Positions 23,241-34,659 of a stretch of DNA of 64,000 nucleotides are shown here, piece by piece. Each line of letters starts with the position of its first letter. Position 1 is the stretch's first letter. A program made the translations under genes and the position numbers. The DNA is taken from the sequence record PZ809289.1; one strand, written 5' to 3'. The stretch is from a phage. The notes under the pieces were generated by a model. That model ran no database searches. It was given only the letters and a program-made list of their open reading frames with translations, and was not told the DNA's origin.

Positions 23241-25199
23241 TTATATTGTAATTGGTTCCAACTCTATAGTTGTGTACTGAGGACGAAGGTCATCTTCAAA
23301 TACGATTAAAGAACCGTCTTTGGTAAAGATGTTGTCTTGGTCTGGCCCTGCATAAAGTTCAATAGACTGGACTTCAAAACGGTCGGAAGTAAGGCCTATT
23401 GCGGCAATATCCCAGAAAATAAAATCTGAGTAATAATCAATTTCGCCAATAACATAGTAGACTGATTGGTCTGCAGGCGCTGCCATTTTATCAAAGTCAT
23501 CTCCGGTGTAAGGTTGGATGTATTGGTTTTCAATTACATCGCCAGGTCGGAAAGGACCTATAACCATTTTACCATCGCCTCGTTCGTCTTTATCTGTGGC
23601 AACAATACGTACGTTGTAAGATTTAACAACATCAGATACGTTTGTTGGGACGAACTCAAATTCACTAGAAGTTACAGAACGGTTGGTGTATTGATTATAG
23701 TATTTAATACCTGCTTCAGGTGTTTTGAAGAAGTTTAATACCTCGCGAACCATTGTTACCGTAGCCGAAGAGCCAAGGATACTGTGGTCTGCATTATCAA
23801 TATAAGTCAGCATTTTAGACTTGGCAAATCCGTGGTTGAATATTTCAACTTCGTTAATATAATAACGGTCTATTTGGGAAAGGATTTGGGCCGTTAACCA
23901 TTGTTCGGATTCCTGTAATTTGTTCAGTGCATATGAAACCTTAATTTTATGCTTCAAGAACAAGTAGTCAGGAGAAATAACCGAAGGGGTAATAGGTGCC
24001 AAGTTAAATTCTGAAAGATAATTTTGGATATCTTCGCGTTGAACCGCAGTCAAATACAATCCTGATTTAGGTTTAATGGTAACAAAGGCATAACCTGGTT
24101 TATTTGGGTCTGTAAAGGTTTGTACTGCTTGTACAATAGAACCAAATCGCTCCGAAACGAATGTATCGTAATCTGTACCAGTTACAGCACGCATCTGGGC
24201 TTCACGTTTAACTACAGCCAATTCACGAATACGTTCAATATCTTCAGGGTCACCACCACCATCAGCACCTACATAATCCGGGTTTTCATCGTAGTTTTCT
24301 GTAATTTTTTCAACTGTAATATACGCCAAAGAATCCGCATAACTAAAGTCCACCGCCCCGTTAGCAACTTCACCGTCTGTACGAAGGTATTCTATAACAA
24401 TGGTGGCATCTTTAACAGGTTTTAAACCGCCAATATAATTAGCTTCTAATACCCCACCTGCAACTGATTTTTCAGCAACACCTTCACCAAAGAAGAATTC
24501 AGTATTACCATCTACGGTTTCACGCATATAGTAAATTGTTGATGTACTACCAGCATGAACCATGGATTTATTAGTCCAGTTAGTCCATTCTGCGCCATCG
24601 ACATAAAGTTTAACTTCCTGTCTATCAATATCCGGGTCACGAATAAGAATAGGGGTTTTAGGGTCATACTTAAGTTCGGTACGAATAATACGGCCTTGTG
24701 CTAAAGATACGATAGGAAGATATTGGTTATTAACATCACGTACGGCAATAACGTTTTCCGTGGTAACAAAAGCGTATGGGTCCGCTGAAGTATCACGGGC
24801 ATAGGCCAAGAATTTAGTACCACGCGGGATACGAATATTCTTTTCATTCAGGGCTTGGGTACAGGTCAACATGATACTTGTTTTGGCTGCTGATTTAGAA
24901 CTTGGCAAATAGCCGTTATCCTGTGCAGCCTGGACGACGGAGGAACGCAAGTTAGCAGTACCGATGAAAGATTCATATACCGCGGTATTAGCAAACTGCT
25001 GCATATACAGGGTGTTGTAAGCTAACATGTCAATCAGGATATTCATTCGCGAACCAACGAAATCGTAATCCTTAAATTCGTCCTGGCTAGAAAGCCAATC
25101 GATAATATTCTTTTTAATCTCTTCAAACGTAGCTCCCACAAATACTTTTGGGATAGCGTTAACGGTTCTTGTTAATTGGTAATTCGTAGGAGTAGCCAT
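23241..25199 (-). CDS. 6: Baseplate wedge protein gp6
   Basis: 652 aa; synteny. Confidence 0.8.
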   Translation of the reverse strand: MATPTNYQLTRTVNAIPKVFVGATFEEIKKNIIDWLSSQDEFKDYDFVGSRMNILIDMLAYNTLYMQQFANTAVYESFIGTANLRSSVVQAAQDNGYLPSSKSAAKTSIMLTCTQALNEKNIRIPRGTKFLAYARDTSADPYAFVTTENVIAVRDVNNQYLPIVSLAQGRIIRTELKYDPKTPILIRDPDIDRQEVKLYVDGAEWTNWTNKSMVHAGSTSTIYYMRETVDGNTEFFFGEGVAEKSVAGGVLEANYIGGLKPVKDATIVIEYLRTDGEVANGAVDFSYADSLAYITVEKITENYDENPDYVGADGGGDPEDIERIRELAVVKREAQMRAVTGTDYDTFVSERFGSIVQAVQTFTDPNKPGYAFVTIKPKSGLYLTAVQREDIQNYLSEFNLAPITPSVISPDYLFLKHKIKVSYALNKLQESEQWLTAQILSQIDRYYINEVEIFNHGFAKSKMLTYIDNADHSILGSSATVTMVREVLNFFKTPEAGIKYYNQYTNRSVTSSEFEFVPTNVSDVVKSYNVRIVATDKDERGDGKMVIGPFRPGDVIENQYIQPYTGDDFDKMAAPADQSVYYVIGEIDYYSDFIFWDIAAIGLTSDRFEVQSIELYAGPDQDNIFTKDGSLIVFEDDLRPQYTTIELEPITI

Positions 25200-25207
25200 T
25201 TTAATTC

Positions 25208-25501
25208 CTATTTTATGAATACTTTAGATGAGGCTTGTGCGACTGTATCTCCGCACGAAATAGGGTCTGCCATCTGGACAGCCTTTTTGCCTGTAACATA
25301 CACCTTTGATGTTCTAGGTTGGGTTACCCCACCATGGGTTTCATATGGTTTTTTAATTTCTGTGTGTTCTGTAATAGGGTCCCCGTCAACTAACACAGGA
25401 ATACCACCTGTAAATACTTTACCTTGAGTGGCATTTATTACTGTAGGAGGCCACGCTTCATGACCTGCTGTTACGCATTGGTTATAACTTAAGCCTGACA
25501 T
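25208..25501 (-). CDS. 5.4: gp5.4-like PAAR-type spike tip protein
   Basis: 97 aa, same length as T4 gp5.4; position downstream of gene 5. Confidence 0.75.
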   Translation of the reverse strand: MSGLSYNQCVTAGHEAWPPTVINATQGKVFTGGIPVLVDGDPITEHTEIKKPYETHGGVTQPRTSKVYVTGKKAVQMADPISCGDTVAQASSKVFIK

Positions 25502-26023
25502 TTATGGCCTCGCATATACGTATTCTCTTAATTGGTCTCCCCAGCGACTCCAATTACCCACTATAACCTTGGTATAAACCTTAGTAAGGGTTTTTCTTAC
25601 AGGAGCCGGAGGTGGATCGGTTTCTGCGCCAGCTCTAGAGTTACTACCGCCTGAGTTCCCTGTATCACCTCCTGACGTCTCTTCCTGAAAGTCATAGATT
25701 AATGTGACTGTGTAAGAAAACGTCTTCTGGAGATTACTAGGAGCTTTCCAGAGGTATAATTGAGTGTTACTGTCGGCCGGTAGGTCTTTCCATGAACCGG
25801 CTGTTTTAAATCCATCGTTTAATCTATATTTCAAGGCATCTTCAGAGAATCCAAATACAGATTCGTAAGTTCCATATAAATGAGCTCCATCAACAATAAT
25901 GCCTTCTGTAGGCTCATATTCTGTTATATTTATTTCAACTAATGTTTCGTTTGTTTCTAATTGAGCAGTAAACGTAACATCGATTGAGGCTCCTTCCATG
26001 GAGTCTCCTAAATCTGTGCTCAT
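25502..26023 (-). CDS. 5.1: gp5.1-like conserved hypothetical protein
   Basis: ORF runs to 26083 but would overlap gene 5 stop; internal Met at 26023 is a more likely start. Confidence 0.5.
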   Translation of the reverse strand: MSTDLGDSMEGASIDVTFTAQLETNETLVEINITEYEPTEGIIVDGAHLYGTYESVFGFSEDALKYRLNDGFKTAGSWKDLPADSNTQLYLWKAPSNLQKTFSYTVTLIYDFQEETSGGDTGNSGGSNSRAGAETDPPPAPVRKTLTKVYTKVIVGNWSRWGDQLREYVYARP

Positions 26024-26033
26024 AGGTAAAATA

Positions 26034-27776
26034 TTAGCCAATGTCAATCCTCGAACCATCAATAGTATATTGACCAGATGCAATAGAACTCATTGAAGCC
26101 ATAGTCTCGGACCACGCACCTGCACAAGTCCAAGAAACGGTACCGTTTACTGTCCAATTTAAATTACCATTGGTCGTACGAGTTTCATTACCTTCAACTA
26201 AGGTAGTTGCATCACCCTTAACAGTAACATCAGCATTTCCTTCAACAATAACAGTAACATTACCTTTAACACGAAGGGTGCCATTACCTTCTACAGTTTT
26301 CTCTTCATTACCGCGAATATGGATGGTTTCGTTTCCATCAGTCTGACGACGCACGTTTGCCATATTATAATAGGTTTCATCTCCACCAACGTTGACTTTA
26401 TTATTACCACCAACATAAGTATTTGAATCGCCTTGGGTCATATAATAACCATCGGCTACCGTCTTAGAAGTTTTACGTCCATCAGGAGCAACTTCTTCAT
26501 AACTACCGGTAGGATGGATTAAACGATATCGTTCTTGCCCTGGGGTGTTATCAAATTCTTGGATATGCCCGCCTTCAGTTTGCATGGTTTGGACATATGG
26601 ATATTCGCCTTTATAACTAGAATCAGGTTCTTTAAAAAGAATCCTTGTGTCTTCTGGGGCCCACGGGTCAGCAGGGTCTGAATTTGTAGGGGCCACAAAG
26701 GTTTGAATCATTCTATACGAACGGCCATTAAATGACCTTTCTTTAGGGGCCATAATACCATATGATTCCATGTTACCTGTGAGGATAATCATTGACACCC
26801 TTGATGCGCGACCTTTAGTTTGGTTAAACCATACTGAATTACGAGCTTCCTCAAATGCCTTTTTATAATCGCCTATTAGCATTGCACTAAGCATTCCACG
26901 GAATTTAGCCAATCCACCTAATCCCATTTGGAAAGCCATGTTTTCAAGAGCCATTTGTCTTGAACGGTTTTCTTTATTGTAAACAGGACCTACAACACTA
27001 TGCCGACCTATATCGTTTTGGACTTTTTTAAGGTCTTCTTGGAATAATTTAGAAGCCTCATCCATTGATATTGCACCAGGGTTACCTTTAACTTCTCGTC
27101 CTACCTGATTAGATAATATTTTGTTTATTCGATTCATATCTCTAATAGGTTGTGGTGTGATAAGGTGGCCTATACCTATAGTAGGATAACCTTCGGTATC
27201 CCAATATACCTTCAGTCTAAGCCCTTCATCACGATGAAGCATGTTTTCTATTGTGAAATTAGGATTATCATCAGGCTTGACTTGGCTCAAATCCAAACCG
27301 TCTGGGTTAATACCTACATCGGTGTTTGCATCTTGTATTACGTTAGAAGTGGCATCGTATCCAACTTCACCACCTCGGTTTAGTGCTGCAGCATCATTAC
27401 CCAAATAAAGTGGGTATTGACCTGTCGGGTCACTAAAACCTTCATTAGGATTGGCCTTTTGTCTTGAAGCGGAACCATATGTACCGAGGACAAGCCCGTT
27501 TAATTTCCACTTATCAAGAAAGTGCCCATAAACCTGAGTACCTGGAACCATACCAGTCATAGCGGTTTGGATACCAGAAACAGAGGCAGAAGATGTAGGC
27601 ATTAATACGGACATCCACGGTAAATCCTCTGTACGAAGGCCTTTTACAGGACCTTGGACCTTTTCGTAAGGATGCAGGCCCCAGACACGAACTCGAACGC
27701 GTCCTTGTTGGAGTGGGTCCATACGGTCTTCAACCACCCCTACGAACCAACTGACATTATCAGACATGTTAATCAT
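26034..27776 (-). CDS. 5: Baseplate hub and tail lysozyme gp5
   Basis: 580 aa; N-terminal OB-fold region and central lysozyme-like region (ENMLHRDEGLRLKVYWDTEGYPTIGIGH) as in T4 gp5. Confidence 0.9.
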   Translation of the reverse strand: MINMSDNVSWFVGVVEDRMDPLQQGRVRVRVWGLHPYEKVQGPVKGLRTEDLPWMSVLMPTSSASVSGIQTAMTGMVPGTQVYGHFLDKWKLNGLVLGTYGSASRQKANPNEGFSDPTGQYPLYLGNDAAALNRGGEVGYDATSNVIQDANTDVGINPDGLDLSQVKPDDNPNFTIENMLHRDEGLRLKVYWDTEGYPTIGIGHLITPQPIRDMNRINKILSNQVGREVKGNPGAISMDEASKLFQEDLKKVQNDIGRHSVVGPVYNKENRSRQMALENMAFQMGLGGLAKFRGMLSAMLIGDYKKAFEEARNSVWFNQTKGRASRVSMIILTGNMESYGIMAPKERSFNGRSYRMIQTFVAPTNSDPADPWAPEDTRILFKEPDSSYKGEYPYVQTMQTEGGHIQEFDNTPGQERYRLIHPTGSYEEVAPDGRKTSKTVADGYYMTQGDSNTYVGGNNKVNVGGDETYYNMANVRRQTDGNETIHIRGNEEKTVEGNGTLRVKGNVTVIVEGNADVTVKGDATTLVEGNETRTTNGNLNWTVNGTVSWTCAGAWSETMASMSSIASGQYTIDGSRIDIG

Positions 27777-28375
27777 AGCGCTTTTTCCATTTCTCTAATT
27801 AAAGCGGAAACAAAGGACTCGATGTCATTAGGGTCTATAATCTTTATTTCGCGCTTATATTCATTTTTACGAATGGCGTCCTCGTAAATATCTACTGCAG
27901 CCAAAGGACCTTCATATTGAGGATAACGTTTTTCTGTATCACCTTTATCGTACCAAGTATAAGGATTTTCCGGAGTATTTACTAGATTCCAGAATTTCTC
28001 ACCCTTTTCATTGACATGATAAAGGACTTGGTTTCCGCCTGCAGTAGCATAACGTTGAATAGCTGCTTGATACGCAGATTCTTGGCCTGTAATCCAGCCG
28101 TAATAAGGGTCATAGATATTGTTACACATTAAAAGGACCCAATATAATTGCACGTTACCATAAAGTTGATGGGCTAATTCTTCTGGACGAGGGGCCCCAC
28201 TGATATAATATGTTTTAAGTGTATAATTTTTAGCCACTTTATCAAAATATTCTTTATAGTTTCTAAATATATCAGTCATCGGTACGCTCAGTACATCGGC
28301 ATCAGTTAATGAGCCGGAATCTGGCTTGACTGTTTTTGATTCGTAATTTATAGGATCGAAAAATGAGAAGAGCAT
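27773..28375 (-). CDS. 53: Baseplate wedge protein gp53
   Basis: 200 aa; synteny; divergent late promoters between 53 and 4. Confidence 0.8.
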   Translation of the reverse strand: MLFSFFDPINYESKTVKPDSGSLTDADVLSVPMTDIFRNYKEYFDKVAKNYTLKTYYISGAPRPEELAHQLYGNVQLYWVLLMCNNIYDPYYGWITGQESAYQAAIQRYATAGGNQVLYHVNEKGEKFWNLVNTPENPYTWYDKGDTEKRYPQYEGPLAAVDIYEDAIRKNEYKREIKIIDPNDIESFVSALIREMEKAL

Positions 28376-28387
28376 AGTGCCTCCGAG

Positions 28388-28395
28388 TATAAATA
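28388..28395 (+). promoter_or_regulatory. Late promoter TATAAATA upstream of gene 4
   Basis: tataaata 26 bp upstream of ATG. Confidence 0.6.
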
Positions 28396-28402
28396 ATATT
28401 AA

Positions 28403-28410
28403 TATTTATA
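28403..28410 (-). promoter_or_regulatory. Late promoter TATAAATA upstream of gene 53
   Basis: Divergent pair with gene 4 promoter. Confidence 0.6.
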
Positions 28411-28420
28411 AGGAGGCACT

Positions 28421-28870
28421 ATGGCCTACTCAGGGAAATTTAAACCTACAAACTTACAAAAATATAAAGGTGATTGGAAGAAAATCCAATATCGTTCCTC
28501 TTGGGAAGCATGGCTTATGCGTTGGCTTGACAACCATCCTAATGTCGTCCAGTGGAACTCGGAAGAGGTTGTGATTCCATATTTTAGTAACGCTGATGGA
28601 AAGAAACGTCGGTATTTTATGGACTTCTGGGTGAAGTTCGACAATGGTCAACAATTCTTTTTCGAAGTCAAACCTTTTAAAGAGACCCATCCTCCAGCGG
28701 CGCCTGCTAAAATGACTACAGCTGCTAAAAAGAGATATATCAACGAACATTATACATGGAGTGTAAATAAAGATAAATGGAAAGCTGCTAAAGCTACAGC
28801 AGATAAAATGGGAATTAATTTCAGATTGATTACCGAAAACTCACTGAAAAAATTAGGATGGAAAGGATGA
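28421..28870 (+). CDS. 4: Head completion protein gp4
   Basis: 149 aa; [18 protein letters not shown]...[10 protein letters not shown]...[13 protein letters not shown] matches T4 gp4. Confidence 0.85.
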   Translation: MAYSGKFKPTNLQKYKGDWKKIQYRSSWEAWLMRWLDNHPNVVQWNSEEVVIPYFSNADGKKRRYFMDFWVKFDNGQQFFFEVKPFKETHPPAAPAKMTTAAKKRYINEHYTWSVNKDKWKAAKATADKMGINFRLITENSLKKLGWKG

Positions 28871-29694
28871 GTATATTTTCTTACATCAACGAGGCTACTG
28901 AAACTACAAAAGGTTCCAAGCCTACTCGTTCAGAACAACAATGGATAACTTTAGGCGTTGAATATGCCAACGCTAAGGCTAAAGGTGTTTCGGCTAAGAA
29001 ATTCGCTGAAGATAAAGGCATCAAGTATTCTAGCTTTACATCTGCGATGTCTCGATACTCGAGTCGAATTAAAACTGCTGTACAGGTTGAAAAACTTCAG
29101 AAGAAACCTGGCAATAAATTAACCAAAGCCGAACGTCAATTAATTTTGGTGAATAGTTTTAGAAAGAGTATTCGCGATAAGATTGCTAACGAAGGCGCTG
29201 CCGTAAACAATAAATCAGCTAAATGGTTTACAGAAACATTAAAGAAAGGAATTCGTGGACACCAGGTATCTAAACCGTCTCCTGGTAAGCTTTATGCTTA
29301 TATCTATGATGCCAAACATAAGGATACCCTACCATACTGGGACAAATATCCTTTAATAATTTATCTTGGGTTAGGTAAGCATAATTTAATGTACGGACTG
29401 AACTTACACTATATTCCACCTAAAGCACGTCAGCAATTTCTGGAAGAATTGCTGAAGCAATACGCGAGTACGCCTACCATTACGAACTCGACTAAATTAA
29501 AAATCGATTGGAGTAAGGTAAAAGGATTCGCTGGCGCCGACGTGATGATTAAGGCTTATATCCCTGGAAATATTAAGGGACCTTTAGTAGAGATAAAACC
29601 GTCTGATTGGGCTAATGTAATAGGATTACCACTTCAACAATTTGTATCTAAAGGCAAGCGTTATTCAGCTCAGAAAGTATGGAAGAATTCATAA
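28858..29694 (+). CDS. 2: DNA end protector protein gp2
   Basis: 278 aa; synteny 4-2-3. Confidence 0.8.
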   Translation: MERMSIFSYINEATETTKGSKPTRSEQQWITLGVEYANAKAKGVSAKKFAEDKGIKYSSFTSAMSRYSSRIKTAVQVEKLQKKPGNKLTKAERQLILVNSFRKSIRDKIANEGAAVNNKSAKWFTETLKKGIRGHQVSKPSPGKLYAYIYDAKHKDTLPYWDKYPLIIYLGLGKHNLMYGLNLHYIPPKARQQFLEELLKQYASTPTITNSTKLKIDWSKVKGFAGADVMIKAYIPGNIKGPLVEIKPSDWANVIGLPLQQFVSKGKRYSAQKVWKNS

Positions 29695-29776
29695 TCTATT
29701 ATCCCAGCCAGTTATTGAATGGAACAGACCTAGGACCATTATACACTGGCTAGGACTTAAGCAATATAGGAACCCT

Positions 29777-30367
29777 ATGAACGGTTTATTTAACCAAACT
29801 AACACTACTAACTTTATCTTAGAGGTTAGTGACGCAGGAATGACGCAGGCATTCAAATTGAACGTGCAAGATGTAACACTACCTGGTATCCATATTCCGG
29901 TCTCAGACGTCCCAGGATCGACCCAGGGTATACATCGTGCTAAGCTGCCAGGTTCTACTGTAGAATTCGACCCATTGATTGTGAACTTTCTTGTGGACCG
30001 TGAATTGAAGTCATGGCTTGACGTTTATAAGTGGATGTTGTCATTAAACAACTATGTAACCCATGATTCAGAAGCCTGGCATCCTAAAGGTCAACCGGAA
30101 GCTATCACCCTCCACATCCTTGATAACAACAAACAGAAAATCGTAATGAGCATTCATTACTACGGTGGTTGGCCATCCGACCTCTCGGAAATCCAGTACT
30201 CTTATAAAGAGGATTCTGACCCGGCGATTATCGCCACAGCAACATTCAACTTCAAATCGTTTGCTGTAGAAATAGATGGTACAATAGTTACAGGTCGTCC
30301 ACAAATTGATTCGTATGCCGAACAACGAGTGGCTCGTATGTCTATGCATCCATCTATGAGAAAATAA
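29777..30367 (+). CDS. 3: Tail completion and sheath stabiliser gp3
   Basis: ORF track begins at 29642 overlapping gene 2; ATG at 29777 (MNGLFNQT...) chosen. Confidence 0.7.
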   Translation: MNGLFNQTNTTNFILEVSDAGMTQAFKLNVQDVTLPGIHIPVSDVPGSTQGIHRAKLPGSTVEFDPLIVNFLVDRELKSWLDVYKWMLSLNNYVTHDSEAWHPKGQPEAITLHILDNNKQKIVMSIHYYGGWPSDLSEIQYSYKEDSDPAIIATATFNFKSFAVEIDGTIVTGRPQIDSYAEQRVARMSMHPSMRK

Positions 30368-31120
30368 TGAAACTAATATCAATTGTAGGAATCAAACGTA
30401 GCGGTAAGGATACCGTTGCTAACTATGTAATCGAAAATATGGATTCGGTAAAATTTCAGCTCGCAGGTCCTATTAAAAAGTATCTGGCTGAAGCCTATGA
30501 ATACATCTCTGATGACCCTGTATTCGACCGTAGTTACATGCCTAAACTAGATTTTAACTGTTTTGAAGGTATCGGTTACGACCGTGAAGAAATCATTCCT
30601 TTAAAACCATATGATGTGATTGATATCTTTGAAAATGCTATTGTCAAACTGAATAATATCCTTCCTATTCCAGGAATGGACGTTCGTACCGCATATCATT
30701 ATGGTCTTACCCCAGTCCAGTATCTGTCTGAAGAAACAAAAGACCAACTGTTTGAAGTAATAAATAAAAATAACAATTGGTCAGTACGTCGTCTCATGCA
30801 GACCCTTGGGACTGATATTATTGTTAACCAATTTGATAAGATGTATTGGGTTAAGTTGTTCGCTTTAGACTATTTTGATAAAATATACTCTGATGCGAAA
30901 TACTATGTCGTACCTGATGTTCGTCAAACACACGAAATTGATTCGCTCAGAGCGATGGGTGCTACGATTATTCATGTAGTTCGCGCTGAAACCGGTCAAG
31001 TACAAGACTCGCACATCACTGAAGCGGGTCTACCAATTTTACCTGGTGACGTTGTTGTTGAAAATAACGGCACTCTTTCTGAACTATACACCACTATTGA
31101 TAAATTATTAGGAAATAAAA

Positions 31121-31128
<8 letters not shown>
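30367..31128 (+). CDS. 1: Deoxynucleoside monophosphate kinase gp1
   Basis: 253 aa; P-loop GIKRSGKDT; WSVRRLMQTLGTDIIVNQFDKMYWVKLFALDYFD matches T4 gp1. Confidence 0.9.
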
Positions 31129-31821
<693 letters not shown>

Positions 31822-31832
31822 TTTAAAAAGTT

Positions 31833-31861
31833 GTTTACAAGGTCTATAGGCATGATACTAT
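31833..31861 (+). promoter_or_regulatory. Early promoter cassette (GTTTAC, 17 bp, TACTAT)
   Basis: IR AGGTCTATAG/CTATAGACCT; conserved TACTATAGACCTATCAA. Confidence 0.6.
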
Positions 31862-31898
31862 AGACCTATCAAAACAAACTAACCAAACGGAAATCAAA

Positions 31899-32123
31899 AT
31901 GAAAACTTATCAAGAATTTATCACCGAAGCTAAAAGACATGAAGATGAACTGCCAATTGTTACAAAAACCTTTGATGGCACACTGGCCGATTTTAAAAAA
32001 GTCCCTAGTGATAAGCTTGCTAAATTGACTGGCTCTATCAATGAAAAAGGTGGCAAGGTCACGTTTTCTGCTGGCGGCATAGCCAATCTTAAAAAACTTT
32101 TGAAAGCCGCTGGCGCTGAATAA
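31899..32123 (+). CDS. Internal-protein-like, capsid-targeting leader MKTYQEFITE
   Basis: N-terminal MKTYQEFITEA matches the T4 internal-protein capsid targeting sequence; early promoter upstream. Confidence 0.6.
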   Translation: MKTYQEFITEAKRHEDELPIVTKTFDGTLADFKKVPSDKLAKLTGSINEKGGKVTFSAGGIANLKKLLKAAGAE

Positions 32124-32124
32124 A

Positions 32125-32397
32125 ATGAAATCATACCAAGAATTTATCGCTGAATCTATTCTTAATGAGGAAGTAAAAATTAACAAATCTGTTAAGACTA
32201 TGATTGATGATATAAATCATCTCTATAACATCGATTTGACTAATCACGTAACTTTAGGCAATAAGCGAAACTTTTTTGTTTTTGATACTTCAGAACTCGA
32301 CCAGAATCAAATTAACAATATTGAACGTTTTGCTAATGAAAAAGGGTTGCGTCACGAAACAGCTGGTTATAAAAAGTATGCAATTTATCTAAAATAA
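32125..32397 (+). CDS. Internal-protein-like, leader MKSYQEFIAE
   Basis: CTS-like N-terminus. Confidence 0.55.
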   Translation: MKSYQEFIAESILNEEVKINKSVKTMIDDINHLYNIDLTNHVTLGNKRNFFVFDTSELDQNQINNIERFANEKGLRHETAGYKKYAIYLK

Positions 32398-32399
32398 TT

Positions 32400-32428
32400 G
32401 TTTACAAGGTCTATAGGTGTGATACTAT
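32400..32428 (+). promoter_or_regulatory. Early promoter cassette
   Basis: Same architecture as 31833. Confidence 0.6.
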
Positions 32429-32464
32429 AGACCTATCAAAACAAATGAGTGATTGGAGAATAAA

Positions 32465-32650
32465 ATGAAACGTTGTGAATTAATTAGAAATGTTACTGCA
32501 CTGGTCGCCGTTACTGCTTTTGGCTTTAGTATGTTTGCAGGATTCATGCTCGATATGCTTTCAACTTCCGAGAATATAATCTCTTTAGTAGTGGCATTTT
32601 TAATTGGTTCAATCTCTTTTGTTATGGATAAAATCTCTAAAGGTGAATAA
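32465..32650 (+). CDS. Small membrane protein
   Basis: Two hydrophobic segments; ATG 32465 with conserved leader GGAGAATAAAATG. Confidence 0.45.
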   Translation: MKRCELIRNVTALVAVTAFGFSMFAGFMLDMLSTSENIISLVVAFLIGSISFVMDKISKGE

Positions 32651-33057
32651 TGAACGTTGAATATTATGTATATGCGGATTATGAAAATAACCCGTCTAAA
32701 GATGAAGATAACCGTTTAGGTGTAGATGCTTTTGAATCCCCTTCTGCAGCTTGGCAATGGGTTGAAAGTACTGATATCCCTTATCGTTATATTGAAGTGG
32801 TAGACCAAGCAGGAAACAAGTATCCTAAGGAAGCATATGTTCCTTCTGGTAAAGTAAATTTCCTTCTGTTCGCAGGTGACAACTATTACCCACGTGGCGG
32901 CTATACCGATTTAATCGCTAAAGCATTTTCTGAAGACGAACTACGTGATATTATTAACGAAAATGAGAAAAAGCCTCGTTACGGTTCTAATCGTTTTGAC
33001 TGTGACTGGTGGCAGATTGTTAATGCTAATACCCATACTATTGTAGACGAGGGTTAA
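32650..33057 (+). CDS. Hypothetical protein
   Basis: 135 aa ORF, start overlaps upstream stop. Confidence 0.5.
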   Translation: MNVEYYVYADYENNPSKDEDNRLGVDAFESPSAAWQWVESTDIPYRYIEVVDQAGNKYPKEAYVPSGKVNFLLFAGDNYYPRGGYTDLIAKAFSEDELRDIINENEKKPRYGSNRFDCDWWQIVNANTHTIVDEG

Positions 33058-33348
33058 ATGCTATACGTTAAGGTTACTAATCCAGAGAATGGCTATAATT
33101 CAGACCAGGTTGCAGCAGAGCTACTGATTCGCAACTTTGGCAAAGGTGCTGTGCTTGATGTTCAACAGGTTAACATAGGTCGTAGTTCAAGCGATGTTAA
33201 ACTCAAAGTTAACAGCCATCGTTATAATTCTGTTAACTTTACTTTTTATACCGCAACTGAAAACGGATTGGTCGAATATGACATCTTTAAAAATCCTTTG
33301 AAGATTGCTTCTATTAAACTTGATTACATTAATATGTGGCCACAATGA
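33058..33348 (+). CDS. Hypothetical protein
   Basis: 96 aa ORF. Confidence 0.45.
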   Translation: MLYVKVTNPENGYNSDQVAAELLIRNFGKGAVLDVQQVNIGRSSSDVKLKVNSHRYNSVNFTFYTATENGLVEYDIFKNPLKIASIKLDYINMWPQ

Positions 33349-33521
33349 ATCAAATTTGACCAGACTATTCCTAAAAATAGTAATATGCTTTAAGAGTAAT
33401 GTGTTATTATTACTCTAACATTATTAAGTAACCCTCTATTACCAAAGGTTCTTCCCTCAAAGAACCTTTCATAATAGACAAGGTCTATTAATCAAACTTA
33501 CTTTACTTAATTTTATTTGAG

Positions 33522-33794
33522 GTGTTTATGTTAGTATTAAAATTAGCTTTTTACGACCCAGAAACCAAGACAACAACTACCAAACGTTGTTCTATTTCAT
33601 ATGAATGTCAATTTGGCGAAGTTGAGACTGATGGCGAGCCCTTTATGGCAATTGCCGATAGCACATTCGCTAAACCAAAAATAATTCCACTAGTTAACGC
33701 TGCGGCTTATCTGGTTGCTCCTGAAGAAATGACTTATCATACAATTCAGCACATGGCTAAAGATGATAATGCTCCTGCTGGATTTGTAGTTTGA
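33522..33794 (+). CDS. Hypothetical protein
   Basis: 90 aa ORF ending just before tRNA. Confidence 0.4.
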   Translation: MFMLVLKLAFYDPETKTTTTKRCSISYECQFGEVETDGEPFMAIADSTFAKPKIIPLVNAAAYLVAPEEMTYHTIQHMAKDDNAPAGFVV

Positions 33795-33799
33795 TTTAA

Positions 33800-33870
33800 G
33801 GCCCTGTAGCTGGACGGTCGAGCGAGCGACTCATAATCGCTGGATGGTGGTTCGATTCCACCCAGGGCCA
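33800..33870 (+). tRNA. tRNA with CAU anticodon (Met/Ile2-type)
   Basis: Hand-folded cloverleaf: acceptor GGCCCTG/CAGGGCC, anticodon stem AGCGA/TCGCT with loop CTCATAA, T-arm GGTGG-TTCGATT-CCACC. Confidence 0.65.
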
Positions 33871-33911
33871 TATTTTGAGAACATAAATACTCTTAGAAAT
33901 AGGAGATATTT

Positions 33912-34577
33912 ATGTTCCATTACACTTATAAAATAACAAACAAAATTAATAATAAAATCTATATAGGTGTCCATTCAACCGAAAATTTGAATGATGCATA
34001 TTTTGGTTCCGGTAAACTCTTGAAAAGGGCCCAGGCCAAATACGGTATAGAAAATTTCTCTAAAGAAATATTAGAGTTCTTTGACGATAAAATCTCTATG
34101 TTTGAGTCAGAAAAGAATATTGTGACTGAAGAGTTTTTAAAGCGCCCCGATGTTTATAATTTGAAATTAGGCGGTGAAGGTGGTTGGGACCATTTAAACA
34201 CCGAAGAATATTTAGATAAAAAGAAAGAAGCTTCCTTAAAAGGAGTTGCTGCTTTTAAAACCAGATTTGAGAACGACCCAGACCTTAAAGAAAAATATCG
34301 TAAAATGGGTTCAGAAAGGTTTAAACAACTTTGGGATAATCCTAAGTATAGAGAGAAATTTTCAAATACTAAATCTTTCTTGGGTAAGACCCATTCAGAT
34401 GAAACCAAAAATAAAATTAAAGAATCTCACGCCAGAAATAAACACCAACAAGGTGAAAATAATTCCGGATATGGAAAAATGTGGATTCATTCTTTAGAAG
34501 AAAAAGTTTCTAAACGTATTAACAAAACGGATATTATTCCTGAAGGTTGGAATAAAGGCCGTAAAATAAAATTTTGA
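33912..34577 (+). CDS. segB: GIY-YIG homing endonuclease, segB-like
   Basis: 221 aa; GIY-YIG motif (KIYIGVHS...YFGSG); between two tRNA genes as T4 segB. Confidence 0.7.
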   Translation: MFHYTYKITNKINNKIYIGVHSTENLNDAYFGSGKLLKRAQAKYGIENFSKEILEFFDDKISMFESEKNIVTEEFLKRPDVYNLKLGGEGGWDHLNTEEYLDKKKEASLKGVAAFKTRFENDPDLKEKYRKMGSERFKQLWDNPKYREKFSNTKSFLGKTHSDETKNKIKESHARNKHQQGENNSGYGKMWIHSLEEKVSKRINKTDIIPEGWNKGRKIKF

Positions 34578-34582
34578 ATTAC

Positions 34583-34657
34583 GTCCCGCTGGTGTAATGG
34601 ATAGCATACGATCCTTCTAAGTTTGCGGTCCTGGTTCGATCCCAGGGCGGGATACCA
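34583..34657 (+). tRNA. tRNA-Arg (anticodon UCU)
   Basis: Acceptor GTCCCGC/GCGGGAT + A + CCA, T-arm CCTGG-TTCGATC-CCAGG, anticodon loop CTTCTAA. Confidence 0.7.
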
Positions 34658-34659
34658 AA

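Noticed and set aside
25502-26083. Full-length 193-aa ORF for 5.1 overlapping gene 5 by 50 nt
   Set aside because: Overlap with the gp5 C-terminus is unlikely; an internal Met at 26023 gives a non-overlapping gene, though the true start is uncertain.
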